Source: Candidatus Spongiisociaceae bacterium
GTDB lineage: Bacteria > Actinomycetota > Acidimicrobiia > Spongiisociales > Spongiisociaceae
NCBI GenBank assembly: GCA_965219685.1
Contig: CBDCOH010000002.1
Location: 160,001 to 224,000, forward strand
Length of the DNA: 64,000 nt
Direction: 5' to 3'
Position numbers and translations under genes: made by a program. Below the pieces are notes generated by a model that worked only from the letters and a program-made list of their open reading frames with translations, was not told the DNA's origin and did no database searches. This document shows, in pieces, positions 48,316 to 57,403 of the stretch; position 1 is the first letter of the stretch, and every line of letters begins with the position of its first letter.

Positions 48316-49980
48316 ATGCCCGAAGTCCCCGCCATCTCGTTCGCCCTCGGGAGCCTGACCGACCGGGTGGATGCCCGCCTGGCCGCCTGGGACCGGGAGG
48401 ACTTCGGAGCCCGGATGTGGGCCAAGGACCACACGCTGTGGTCCCGGGAGCCGATCCCCGAGCTGACCAACCGCCTGGGTTGGTTGTGGCTGCCGGGCGA
48501 GACCGGCCAGATTTCCGGGATCCAGGAGTTCGCAACCGAGATGCGCCGGCACACCGACCGTGTCGTCCTGCTCGGCATGGGTGGCTCGAGCCTGGCGCCG
48601 GAGGTCTACCAGTCGACGTTCGGCAACGCCGAAGGGTATCCGGAACTACTGGTACTGGACAGCACCCACCCCGAGGCGGTTCGAGCGGCGGAGAGCCGGA
48701 TCGATCCCGGGACGACCCTCTTCGTGGTGGCCTCCAAGTCCGGGGGGACTATCGAGACCCTCTCGCTGTTCCGTTACTTCTGGACATGGATGTCGGACGC
48801 CGTCGGCCGACCGGGGGAGCGGTTCGTCGCGTTCACCGATCCCGGCTCGGGTCTCGAAGCACTGGGCCGTGAGCGAGGCTTCCGGCGCATCTTCTCCACC
48901 CCACCGGATGTAGGGGGTCGCTATTCGGCGCTCACGCCGTTCGGGCTGGTTCCCGCCGCGCTGATAGGGATGGATGTCCACCGTTTGCTCCACTCCGCCG
49001 CCGCCATGGCCGGAGCCTGTGGAGCCTCGGTGCCACCGTCCGCCAATCCGGGACTCCGGCTCGCAGCAGCGATGGGAGAGGCGGCCCTGGCGGGGCGCGA
49101 CAAGCTCACCTTCGTCTGCTCGCCGGCGCTGGACGCCTTCGGAGGATGGGTGGAGCAGCTAATCGCCGAGAGCACCGGGAAGCGAGGGACCGGTGTCGTC
49201 CCGGTGGTCGGGGAGCCGCTCGGTGACCCCGGCGTCTACAGCGACGACCGGGTCTTCGTCAGCATGACACTGGACGGGGAGGATTCCTCGGGGCAGGACG
49301 CCGCCCTCGGAGTGCTGGAAGCGGCCGGCCATCCCGTCATCCGCATCGTCCTGCGCGACCTTTACGACCTCGGCGCCGAGATGTTCCGCAGCGAGATGGC
49401 GGTGGCGGCGGCCGGTTCGATCCTCGGGATCAACCCTTTCGACCAGCCCGACGTGCAGGTGGCCAAGGACCTGGCCAAGCAGGCCATGTCGGCAGAAGGA
49501 CTGGACGTTTCCATAGACGAGGTGTCCACGGGTCGCCACGAGGAACTTTCCGTCCGGGTGGGGGAGTGGCTCGGGACGCTAAGGGCCGGCGACTATATCG
49601 GGATCCACGCCTACCTGCCGATGGACGGCCCGGCCACGCCCGTGCTGGAGCAGCTGGTGCCCACCCTGCGGGACCGCTACCGGGCTGCGGTCACGCTCGG
49701 GTTCGGTCCGCGGTTCCTCCACTCCACCGGCCAACTCCACAAGGGCGGCCCCGGCAGCGGCCTGTTCCTCCAGTTCGTCGACATCCCCGCCCGCGATCTG
49801 GGAGTCCCGGAGGCCGGGTTCGACTTCGGAAAGCTCATCGAGGGGCAGGCAGCCGGCGACTACCAGGCGTTGGCCGGCCGTCACCGCCGGGTGCTGAGGG
49901 TCCGGCTGGGCGACGATCCGGCGGCCGGTGTGGCGATGGTGCGCGACATCGTGGCAGCTGTCCCGGAGGGGAGCGGCTAG
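48316..49980 (+). CDS. pgi: Glucose-6-phosphate isomerase (Tal/Pgi-type SIS domains)
   Basis: NRLGWL, LGMGGSSL, SKSGGTIET, DVGGRYSAL, EQLIAESTGK, NPFDQPDV and GPRFLHSTGQLHKGGP. Confidence 0.9.
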   Translation: MPEVPAISFALGSLTDRVDARLAAWDREDFGARMWAKDHTLWSREPIPELTNRLGWLWLPGETGQISGIQEFATEMRRHTDRVVLLGMGGSSLAPEVYQSTFGNAEGYPELLVLDSTHPEAVRAAESRIDPGTTLFVVASKSGGTIETLSLFRYFWTWMSDAVGRPGERFVAFTDPGSGLEALGRERGFRRIFSTPPDVGGRYSALTPFGLVPAALIGMDVHRLLHSAAAMAGACGASVPPSANPGLRLAAAMGEAALAGRDKLTFVCSPALDAFGGWVEQLIAESTGKRGTGVVPVVGEPLGDPGVYSDDRVFVSMTLDGEDSSGQDAALGVLEAAGHPVIRIVLRDLYDLGAEMFRSEMAVAAAGSILGINPFDQPDVQVAKDLAKQAMSAEGLDVSIDEVSTGRHEELSVRVGEWLGTLRAGDYIGIHAYLPMDGPATPVLEQLVPTLRDRYRAAVTLGFGPRFLHSTGQLHKGGPGSGLFLQFVDIPARDLGVPEAGFDFGKLIEGQAAGDYQALAGRHRRVLRVRLGDDPAAGVAMVRDIVAAVPEGSG

Positions 49981-51485
49981 TGGAGTCGCTGCCGGTTGCG
50001 GGCGCTCGGGCGGTGGACCGCCACCTCCTGGTCGTGTTCGGCGCCACCGGCGATCTGTACCGCCAGAAGCTGGCGCCGGCCCTGTACCACCTGGTCCGCC
50101 AGTACGGGTTGGCGGACCGATTCGTGATGCTGGGCGCGGCCCGCTCCCGGTTGAGCGACGCGGAGTTCAGGGCTGCCACGCGGGCGGCTGTCGAGCAGGC
50201 CGCGAAGGGGCAGGCGCAACTGGAGGATCCGTCCGCCGACCCCGCCCAATGGTGCGACCGGGTGGTGCATTACCAGTCGCTCGGTGACGGGGGAGCGGAG
50301 GCCTACGAGGCTCTCGGGCGGCGCATCGAGCACGTCGAGCGGGCCCACGGCCTGTCCGGCAACCGGATCTTCTATCTCTCCCTTCCGCCGGTGGCCTTCG
50401 CCGCCACGGTGAGGGGCCTGGGGGCTGCGGGCCTATCTCGGAGCGCGGGATGGACCCGGCTCGTGGTCGAGAAGCCCTTCGGTTCCGACCTCGACTCGGC
50501 CATGGCGCTCAACGCCGTCCTCCACGAGAGCTTCGAAGAGCGGCAGGTCTACCGGATCGACCACTACCTCGGCAAGGCCACCGTTCAGAACCTGCTGGTG
50601 TTCCGGTTCGCCAACCCGCTGTTCGAATCGGTGTGGAACCGGGACCGCATCGACAACGTCCAGATCACCGTGGCCGAGGATGGGGGCATCGGCGAAAGAG
50701 CCGGCTACTACGACCGTTCGGGGGCGCTGCGGGACATGGTCCAGAACCATCTGACCCAGGTGCTGAGCCTGGTGGCGATGGAGCCACCGGTGTCATTCGA
50801 CGCCGAGGCCATCCGCGACGAGAAGGTGAAGGTGCTCCAGTCGATCAGGCCGCTCCGCCGCGACGACGTGGTGCTGGGCCAGTACGCGCCCGGCCAGTCC
50901 GGGGGGATGCCGGTTGGGGGATACCTGGAGGAGCCGGGAGTCGCCGAGGGGACCTGTACCGAGACCTACGCCGCCCTGCGCGTGTTCATCGACAGTTGGC
51001 GGTGGCAGGGCGTCCCGTTCTACCTGCGCACCGGAAAGCGGCTCCGCACCCGGCTCACGCAGGTGGCGGTGACGTTCCGGGAGCCGCCCGTACCGCTGTT
51101 CGAGTCGTTCGAGCGGGGGCGGCACCAGGGCAACGTCCTGTACGTGAGGCTGCAGCCACACGAGGGGTTCGACCTGCTGTTCGACGTCCAGGTGCCGTCC
51201 GACCACCCACGGCTGGCCACCATGCCGCTGGCCTTCGAGTACGAGCAGGCCTTCGGTGACCTGCCCGATGCCTACGAGACCCTCCTCTACGACGTGATGA
51301 CCGGGGACCGGACCCTGTTCGTCCGCTCCGACGAGGTGGAGCAGGCCTGGCGTCTCTACACGCCGATCCTCCAAGCCGGCATCCGCCCGGTCCCCTACAA
51401 GGCCGGATCCTGGGGACCTCCGGAGGCCGATTTGCTGCTCGGACCCCAGGGCAACGGCTGGACCGTCCGGCTTCCCGGGAAATAG
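49980..51485 (+). CDS. zwf: Glucose-6-phosphate 1-dehydrogenase
   Basis: FGATGDL, EKPFG, YRIDHYLGK, RDMVQNHL and WQGVPFYLRTGK. GTG start overlaps the pgi stop. Confidence 0.95.
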   Translation: MESLPVAGARAVDRHLLVVFGATGDLYRQKLAPALYHLVRQYGLADRFVMLGAARSRLSDAEFRAATRAAVEQAAKGQAQLEDPSADPAQWCDRVVHYQSLGDGGAEAYEALGRRIEHVERAHGLSGNRIFYLSLPPVAFAATVRGLGAAGLSRSAGWTRLVVEKPFGSDLDSAMALNAVLHESFEERQVYRIDHYLGKATVQNLLVFRFANPLFESVWNRDRIDNVQITVAEDGGIGERAGYYDRSGALRDMVQNHLTQVLSLVAMEPPVSFDAEAIRDEKVKVLQSIRPLRRDDVVLGQYAPGQSGGMPVGGYLEEPGVAEGTCTETYAALRVFIDSWRWQGVPFYLRTGKRLRTRLTQVAVTFREPPVPLFESFERGRHQGNVLYVRLQPHEGFDLLFDVQVPSDHPRLATMPLAFEYEQAFGDLPDAYETLLYDVMTGDRTLFVRSDEVEQAWRLYTPILQAGIRPVPYKAGSWGPPEADLLLGPQGNGWTVRLPGK

Positions 51486-51695
51486 TGGCTGGCGGCTTGT
51501 GGCGTGAAGGGATCCCCAGGGGTCTGGCACAGAACGCTTAGCTGCCATCCTGCTGTTGAGCGGAGCCAGGCGAGCATCACCCTCTACCACCCGTCGGCGG
51601 ACACCGGCCAAACCTCTATGATTGTCTGTGTTAAATAGTAGATGTAAAAAGTATTATAGTTACTCTAGTCCTATATTGTAGGTTATAACGACTGA

Positions 51696-51753
51696 CACCA
51701 TTCACCATTCACCATTCACCATTCACCATTCACAAGCCACCAACCACCAACTA
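51696..51753. repeat. Heptamer tandem repeat (CACCATT)x5 plus 3 degenerate copies
   Basis: CACCATT x5 at 51696-51730, then CACAAGC CACCAAC CACCAAC. Confidence 0.9.
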
Positions 51754-51785
51754 ACGTTGCTCCGTCGGTGTACGAGAATGATCCA

Positions 51786-52382
51786 ATGAAGCGCCTGAAC
51801 CTTTTGCTCGTGTTGGTTGTGCTGCTCGTTGCGTGCGGGGGAGACGACTCCCCGGAGCCCGAGCCCGAACCCGAACCCGAACAACGGGTGGTAGAGACGG
51901 TCGCGTCCCTCGAGGAGGACGAGCCGGAGGGCGAGGAGGAAGAGGAGACCACCAGGCCGGGGTTCGACGAGGGTCTGCTCCTGTTCACAGCCTGCATGCG
52001 GGAAAGCGGAATCGACGCGCCGGACATTCCGGTCGACCCCGACGGCCGCCCGATCCTGTCCTCCGAGCTGGTCGAGAGCATCGACACCGAGTCCCCCGAG
52101 TTCGCGCTCGCCTTCGCGACCTGCGTTCCGCTGCTGACCTCGGCGACTCCCATCGACCTGGGCGCCGATCCGGAACTGCAGGCCGTGGTGATCGACTCCC
52201 TCCGCCGGTTCTCCGTCTGCATGCGCGACAACGGCGTCGAGAACTTCCCCGATCCGGCGCCGGCGTGGGACGGCAACGGCTCGCCCTTCCCCGTGGCCGA
52301 GGCTTTCGACACGTCCGACCCGGACGTCGACCCGGCGCTCGAGGAGTGCTCCAAGATGATCTCGTTCCAGAGCGTGAACTGA
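51786..52382 (+). CDS. Lipoprotein associated with the ABC exporter
   Basis: Lipobox LVAC after a hydrophobic signal, PE repeats, and two F..CMR.xG…PD repeats. Confidence 0.82.
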   Translation: MKRLNLLLVLVVLLVACGGDDSPEPEPEPEPEQRVVETVASLEEDEPEGEEEEETTRPGFDEGLLLFTACMRESGIDAPDIPVDPDGRPILSSELVESIDTESPEFALAFATCVPLLTSATPIDLGADPELQAVVIDSLRRFSVCMRDNGVENFPDPAPAWDGNGSPFPVAEAFDTSDPDVDPALEECSKMISFQSVN

Positions 52383-53455
52383 TGCCGAGGCAGGGATGGG
52401 TCGCCCTGTTCCTGGTGCTGGTGGCGGTGCTCACCGTGGGGGGATTCCTGGCGGTGGATCGCCTAGCGGGCGAGCAAGAGGACGGGGCCGTGGTCGAGAA
52501 GCCCGAACTGGGGACCACACCGGTTGTCAGAACCGATCTGCGGAGGGTGGAGACCTTCCCGGCGATGGTTCGCCACGCAGGGTCCCGGATGGTCATATCA
52601 GCGACTCGGGGCATCGTCACCCGGGTGCCCGACGAGGGGGCGGAACTGGTCAGGGGTGAGAGCCTGGTCGAGGTCGACGGGCGGCCGGTGTTCGTCTTCT
52701 ACGGGGAGCGGCCCATGTGGCGAGCACTGCGGCTCTCACCGGGCGGACCTGAGGTCGAGGGTCCCGACGTCGAGCAACTCGAGCTCAACCTGGAGGCGCT
52801 CGGATACCCGACCGGCTCGGCGCCCGATCGGATTCTCGACGACGGCACGGTTCTCTCCCTGAGGCGATGGCAGGCCGATGCAGGGCTCGATGAGAGCGGA
52901 GCGCTGGAGCTGGGTCGGATCGTGTACGTGGACGGCCCGGTCCGGGTCGGGCGCAGCCTGGTGGAGTTGGGCTCCGTCCTGGCGCCCGGCGCCCCCATCG
53001 TCGAGGTGTCGCAGACCACCCAGGAAGTCCGGCTGGATCTGCCCGTCGACCGGAGGGACCGGATCTCGGTGGGGGAATCGGTGGGCGTGAGGCTTCCTGA
53101 CGACGTGACAGCCCCGGGGACCGTGCACGACATAGGAATGGTGGTCCTCCGTTCGGTGGAGGATCGCAGAGGAGCGGATCTGGTCGAGGTGGCGATCCGT
53201 CTGGACGATCCCGGCCTCGGGGCACCCTACCTGGGCTTTCCGGTGGATGTCGAGATCGTCACCGACGAGGCGGTCGGCGTCCTCGCCGTACCGGTGAAAG
53301 CCCTCGTGGCCCTCTCCGAGGGCGGCTACGCGGTCGAGGTGGAGGCGGATGGGGAGGTCACCCTGGTCGGGGTCGACACCGGCATGTACGCCGACGGCCT
53401 CGTCGAGGTGGAAGGCGAGATAGCCGCCGGCGACCTGGTCCGGGTGCCCAAGTAG
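52382..53455 (+). CDS. Efflux membrane-fusion/adaptor protein with peptidoglycan-binding domain
   Basis: N-terminal TM, VDGRPV..FYGERPMWR.L, GPDVEQLE.NL..LGY, VLAVPV.AL and V.TG..ADG.VEV. Confidence 0.85.
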   Translation: MPRQGWVALFLVLVAVLTVGGFLAVDRLAGEQEDGAVVEKPELGTTPVVRTDLRRVETFPAMVRHAGSRMVISATRGIVTRVPDEGAELVRGESLVEVDGRPVFVFYGERPMWRALRLSPGGPEVEGPDVEQLELNLEALGYPTGSAPDRILDDGTVLSLRRWQADAGLDESGALELGRIVYVDGPVRVGRSLVELGSVLAPGAPIVEVSQTTQEVRLDLPVDRRDRISVGESVGVRLPDDVTAPGTVHDIGMVVLRSVEDRRGADLVEVAIRLDDPGLGAPYLGFPVDVEIVTDEAVGVLAVPVKALVALSEGGYAVEVEADGEVTLVGVDTGMYADGLVEVEGEIAAGDLVRVPK

Positions 53456-53460
53456 CGGCT

Positions 53461-54174
53461 ATGCCACCCGCTCCGCCCGCAGCCGACGGTCCCGAAGTCC
53501 CGTCCCTCGAACTGTCCGGTGTGACCAAGGTCTATCCCGGACCGCCCCCGGTGACCGCCCTCGGCGGCGTGACCCTCACGATCGACCCCGGCGAACTCGT
53601 CGCGGTGGTGGGTCCGTCCGGTTCCGGCAAGTCCACCCTCCTCAACCTGATGGGCGGCCTCGACCGGCCTTCTTCGGGGTCGGTGAAGGTGGCCGGCCGG
53701 GAGCTGACCGAACTCGACGACCGCTCGCTGTCCGGCATCCGGGCCGAGATGATCGGCTTCGTGTTCCAGGAGTTCTTCCTCCTGCCGAGGACCCCGGCCG
53801 TCGACAACGTGGCCGAAGGCCTCCGGTACCGAGGCACGCCGCGCCGGGACCGGAGGGAGCAGGCCGAGGAAGCCCTGCGGCGGGTGGGCCTGGGGCACAG
53901 GATGCACCACCTGCCCGAGCAACTGTCCGGAGGGGAGCGTCAACGGGTGGCCATCGCCAGGGCGCTGGTGGGCAGCCCGGCCGTAGTGTTCGCGGACGAG
54001 CCCACCGGCAACCTGGACAGCGCCACCAGCCGGGAGATAACCGACCTCTTCAAGGAGTTGAACGACGAGGGCGCCACCATCGTCGCCATCACCCACGACG
54101 CCGAAGTGGCCTCCAGCTTCCCCAGGCGTATCGTCATGCGCGACGGGTCGGTCGTGACCGAGGAGCAGGGATGA
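53461..54174 (+). CDS. ABC transporter ATP-binding protein (MacB/LolD-like)
   Basis: GPSGSGKST, IGFVFQ, LSGGERQRVAIARAL and ADEPTGNLD. Confidence 0.93.
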   Translation: MPPAPPAADGPEVPSLELSGVTKVYPGPPPVTALGGVTLTIDPGELVAVVGPSGSGKSTLLNLMGGLDRPSSGSVKVAGRELTELDDRSLSGIRAEMIGFVFQEFFLLPRTPAVDNVAEGLRYRGTPRRDRREQAEEALRRVGLGHRMHHLPEQLSGGERQRVAIARALVGSPAVVFADEPTGNLDSATSREITDLFKELNDEGATIVAITHDAEVASSFPRRIVMRDGSVVTEEQG

Positions 54175-55355
54175 GGAGCCGCCTCCGCATCGGTGACATC
54201 CTCGGCCTCAGCGTCACCGGTCTGCGCTTCCACCTGGGGCGCACGGCGCTGACCGCGCTCGGCATCGCGTTCGGGATAGCAGCCATCGTGGCGGTGCTCG
54301 GCATCTCGGCGTCGGGACGGGCCGCCCTGCTGGCGCAACTCGACCGGCTGGGCACCAACCTCATCCGCGTCACCCCCTCCGGTGGCGTGTTCGGTAACGC
54401 CGACGGCCTCCCGCCGGAGTCGGTCCCGATGCTGGCCAGGGTGGGGCCGGTGGAACGGGTCACGTCCACGGCCCTCCTCGATGTCGACGTCCTCGTCAAC
54501 GATCTCGTGTCTCCCCTGGAGACGGGGGGCCTCTCGGTGCTTGCCGTACCCCCCAACCTGCCCGGGGCCCTGAACACGCCGCTGGTCGCCGGGAGCTTCC
54601 TGGACGAGGTCACCGCCACCGTTCCGACCACGGTGCTGGGGAGGGTGGCTGCCGAGCGGCTGGGGATCGACGATGTGGGCCGGTCCCGCCGCGTCTACAT
54701 CGGCAACGAGTGGTTCGAGGTGATCGGGATCCTTGCCGAGATGACGCTGCACCCCGACATCGAGCGGTCGGCCCTGATCGGCGAGCCCATCGCCCGGGAC
54801 CTGTTCACCGACGACCTCAAACCAACCGCCCTCTACGCCCGGGTCCACCCGAGGCATGTTGAAGCCGTGCTGGAGGTGATCCCGGCCACCGTCAACCCCG
54901 AGAACCCGGACCGGGTGGCGGTCGTCCGCCCCGCCGACGCCCTGGTGGCCCGGCGCCAGGCCGAGCAGGCCCTCACCACGTTGCTGGTCAGCCTGGGGAG
55001 CGTGGCCCTGCTGGTCGGCGGGGTGGCGATTGCCAACGTGATGGTCATGTCGGTGCTGGAGAGACGCATGGAGATAGGGGTCCGCCGCGCTCTGGGCGCC
55101 ACCAAACGGCACGTGGCGTTGCAGTTCATGGGCGAGGCGGTGCTCCTGGCCGGGATCGGCGGGGTGCTGGGTGTGGGGGTCGGCGCCACCATCACCGTCG
55201 CCTTCGCCATCAGCCGGGACCTGACCCTGTCGGTGCCGCTGTACGGTCTGGCGGGAAGCGTCCTCGTCGCCCTCGTAGTGGGAGCTCTGGCCGGTATCTA
55301 CCCGGCCACCCGGGCCGCTCGCATCCCGCCTGCAGAAGCAGTCCGGTCCGCCTGA
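54171..55355 (+). CDS. ABC transporter permease (MacB/FtsX-like)
   Basis: RTALTALGIAFGIAA, LGTNLI.V, V.ERR.EIG.RRALGA and YPA.RAA. Confidence 0.92.
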   Translation: MRSRLRIGDILGLSVTGLRFHLGRTALTALGIAFGIAAIVAVLGISASGRAALLAQLDRLGTNLIRVTPSGGVFGNADGLPPESVPMLARVGPVERVTSTALLDVDVLVNDLVSPLETGGLSVLAVPPNLPGALNTPLVAGSFLDEVTATVPTTVLGRVAAERLGIDDVGRSRRVYIGNEWFEVIGILAEMTLHPDIERSALIGEPIARDLFTDDLKPTALYARVHPRHVEAVLEVIPATVNPENPDRVAVVRPADALVARRQAEQALTTLLVSLGSVALLVGGVAIANVMVMSVLERRMEIGVRRALGATKRHVALQFMGEAVLLAGIGGVLGVGVGATITVAFAISRDLTLSVPLYGLAGSVLVALVVGALAGIYPATRAARIPPAEAVRSA

Positions 55356-55410
55356 CCCTCCGAGACGGTCTCCGGACGGGCCGCGATGTCCTCTACAATG
55401 ACTCCTTCCA

Positions 55411-55483
55411 GGGCGTTTAGCTCAGCTGGGAGAGCGCTTCCCTTACAAGGAAGAGGTCGGCGGTTCGAATCCGTCAACGCCCA
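55411..55483 (+). tRNA. tRNA-Val (anticodon TAC)
   Basis: Acceptor stem GGGCGTT/AACGCCC, D arm AGCTCAGCTGGGAGAGC, anticodon stem CTTCC/GGAAG with loop CTTACAA, T loop GGTTCGAATCC. CCA is not encoded. Upstream TACAAT at 55394. Confidence 0.97.
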
Positions 55484-55888
55484 CAGTAGTTCATGGGTGT
55501 CCACTAGGTAATAGGAAACGGCATCCGACCAGGTGTTTCACTAGTAGTCCACTCGACCAGGACCGTAAGTGGTTTCGTGCTGTTTCGCATCTTCTCGCCG
55601 ATCGAGAAACGTTACAAGTAACGCGACGGTGAGCGCTCGCCAACCAACGAGAAACAGAGCGGGCTGAGGCCCAGGGCGGAGGATATCCACCTTTCACCGG
55701 GCCACCGATCGGGGGATTGCCCTCCATCGTGACGGCTGGAGGTCGGCAGCAGCCGAACCGAGTCCACGTGGCGCAACGGGTTCATCCGCCACGTCCACCT
55801 AATTACTCGGCCACAGGCCAGACCCCACAGCTGAACCCCAGCACATCATTAGAGTTTCACACCACCCACTGAACCGGACCGGATGCTC

Positions 55889-57121
55889 CTATGTTTTGCA
55901 AGTCGGTTTTGTGGTGGGGTCGGTGAGCCATTTCTGGTATTGGGTGGCGAGCTGGTGGTTGTGGTGGAGGCCTCGTTCGAGGAGTGATAGGAGGGTGGGG
56001 TGGACCTGGAGGTGTTCGGCGGCGTCGGTGAGGGTTAATCGGGTTTGGTGGCGTTGGTGGCGGAGGTCGTTGCCGTCGGGTGTCGGGGACGGTTTGGTTA
56101 GGAGGTGGTAGATCTCGCGGGCGATGTGCCGTTTCAGGCAGCGGATGATCTCGCGGCGGGTTTTGCCTTCGGCTTTGCGTCTGCGGGTGTATTCGATGGT
56201 GCGGGGGTCGGTGCGCATCCGGTTGGTGGCGATTCGCCAGAGAGCGTTGTTGGCTTGGCGGTCGCCGCCTCGGTTGAGCCGATGCCGAACTATCTGTCCC
56301 GATGATGCTTGGACGGGGCTGAGGGCGCATAGTGCCGCGAAGGACCGTTCCGATTTCATGCGTTGGGGGTTGTCGCCGGCGGCGACTAGGAGTGCTGCAG
56401 CGCTGTGGGGGCCCACTCCGGAGGCGGCTAGGAGCGCCGGGTTGGCCTTGGCGCAGAGACGGCGGATCTCGGTGTCGAGTTCGGCTATTTCTGTGTCGAG
56501 GGTCCGGTATCGGCGGGCCAGGTGCCGCAGCGCCCTCTTCGCGTACGCGGTGGTGGTCTGCGCTTCGCCGGGACGCCAGCGGACACAGATTCTGACCATC
56601 GCTCAGATACTGGAGTCCCGGAGCCGATGTTTGACCTGCTCAGGGGCGGTTGTGAGGAGGGCGTGGATCTGGTTGGCGGCCTGGGTGCGTGCTTTGACCG
56701 CTGAACGGCGAGCCATCCGAAGCATTCTTATCCCTTCTACGGGTCCGTCCCCGCCTTTGGGTCGCCCGGTGGCATCTCCGCTGAGGGCAGCTCGGGCTGC
56801 GGCCTCGGCGTCGACGGTGTCGGTCTTGCCCCTGAGACGACGCAGCTGGCGGTTGGGACGCATGACCTCCACCACCTCGATGTCGGCTCGGGTCAGATAA
56901 CGAGCCAGGCCGGCGCCGTAACTACCGCATCCTTCCACACCGACCTGAACCGGCTGCCCCCAGGAGCGAAGCCACTCCTCCAGCTGCGCGTATCCCGCCG
57001 CATCAGCCCTGAACTGCGCCGACCCCAGTAGGCGACCCGTGTGATCCAGCACCGCTCCAACGTGGATATCCCGATGGGTATCAACCCCTCCATACACATC
57101 GACCTGGTCTTGTTCCGGCAT
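55889..57121 (-). pseudogene. IS110 recombinase/transposase with in-frame TGA and C-terminal HTH extension
   Basis: VYGGVDTH..IH, VGVEGCGSYGAGL, GKTD.VDA, AALC..SPV.ASSG, RLNRGGDRQAN.AL and CLKRHIARE. ORFs 56603..57310 and 55889..56599 share one frame separated by TGA at 56603-56605. Confidence 0.9.
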
Positions 57122-57149
57122 GCGCTCTGCCTCCCCTCTCCTTGTGTCG

Positions 57150-57350
57150 GAATAGGCTTGTGCGGCAGCGCCGGTCCGAAGCGGGTGGACAAAACACTCA
57201 GGGTGTGGGGAAGAAACGACCAAAGCTCCTATGAGGTCACATCCGCTCCGGGCTGGCTGCCCGTACCCCCCGACCGGTGCCCGGCCGACAGATCCGGGGT
57301 AAGGCACCACAGCCAGTTTCCCGGTGGGTCAGACCGGACCCCGGTCGAGG
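57150..57350 (-). ncRNA. Putative IS110 bridge RNA (target- and donor-binding loops)
   Basis: Two internal loops, each bounded by GACA…GGTCA on the + strand. Guide segments match the element ends (GCTCCTATG, AAACACTCA) and the flanks (CCGGAT, TCCC(C)GG). Confidence 0.75.
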
Positions 57351-57403
57351 TCCCTTAAGTATGAGTGTTTCCCCGGAGAGTCTGACGGTACCCAAGTGGC
57401 GGT

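Larger units (their letters stand above)
55884..57370 (-). mobile_element. IS110-family element (~1.49 kb) with bridge-RNA non-coding end
   Basis: DEDD recombinase plus a ~250-bp upstream non-coding region containing copies of both element ends. No TIRs. Boundaries inferred from guide matches (+/-2 bp). Confidence 0.85.

Noticed and set aside
56603-56605. Selenocysteine or programmed readthrough at the IS110 TGA
   Set aside because: Not a catalytic Cys position and no evident SECIS-like hairpin; simple nonsense mutation is more parsimonious.
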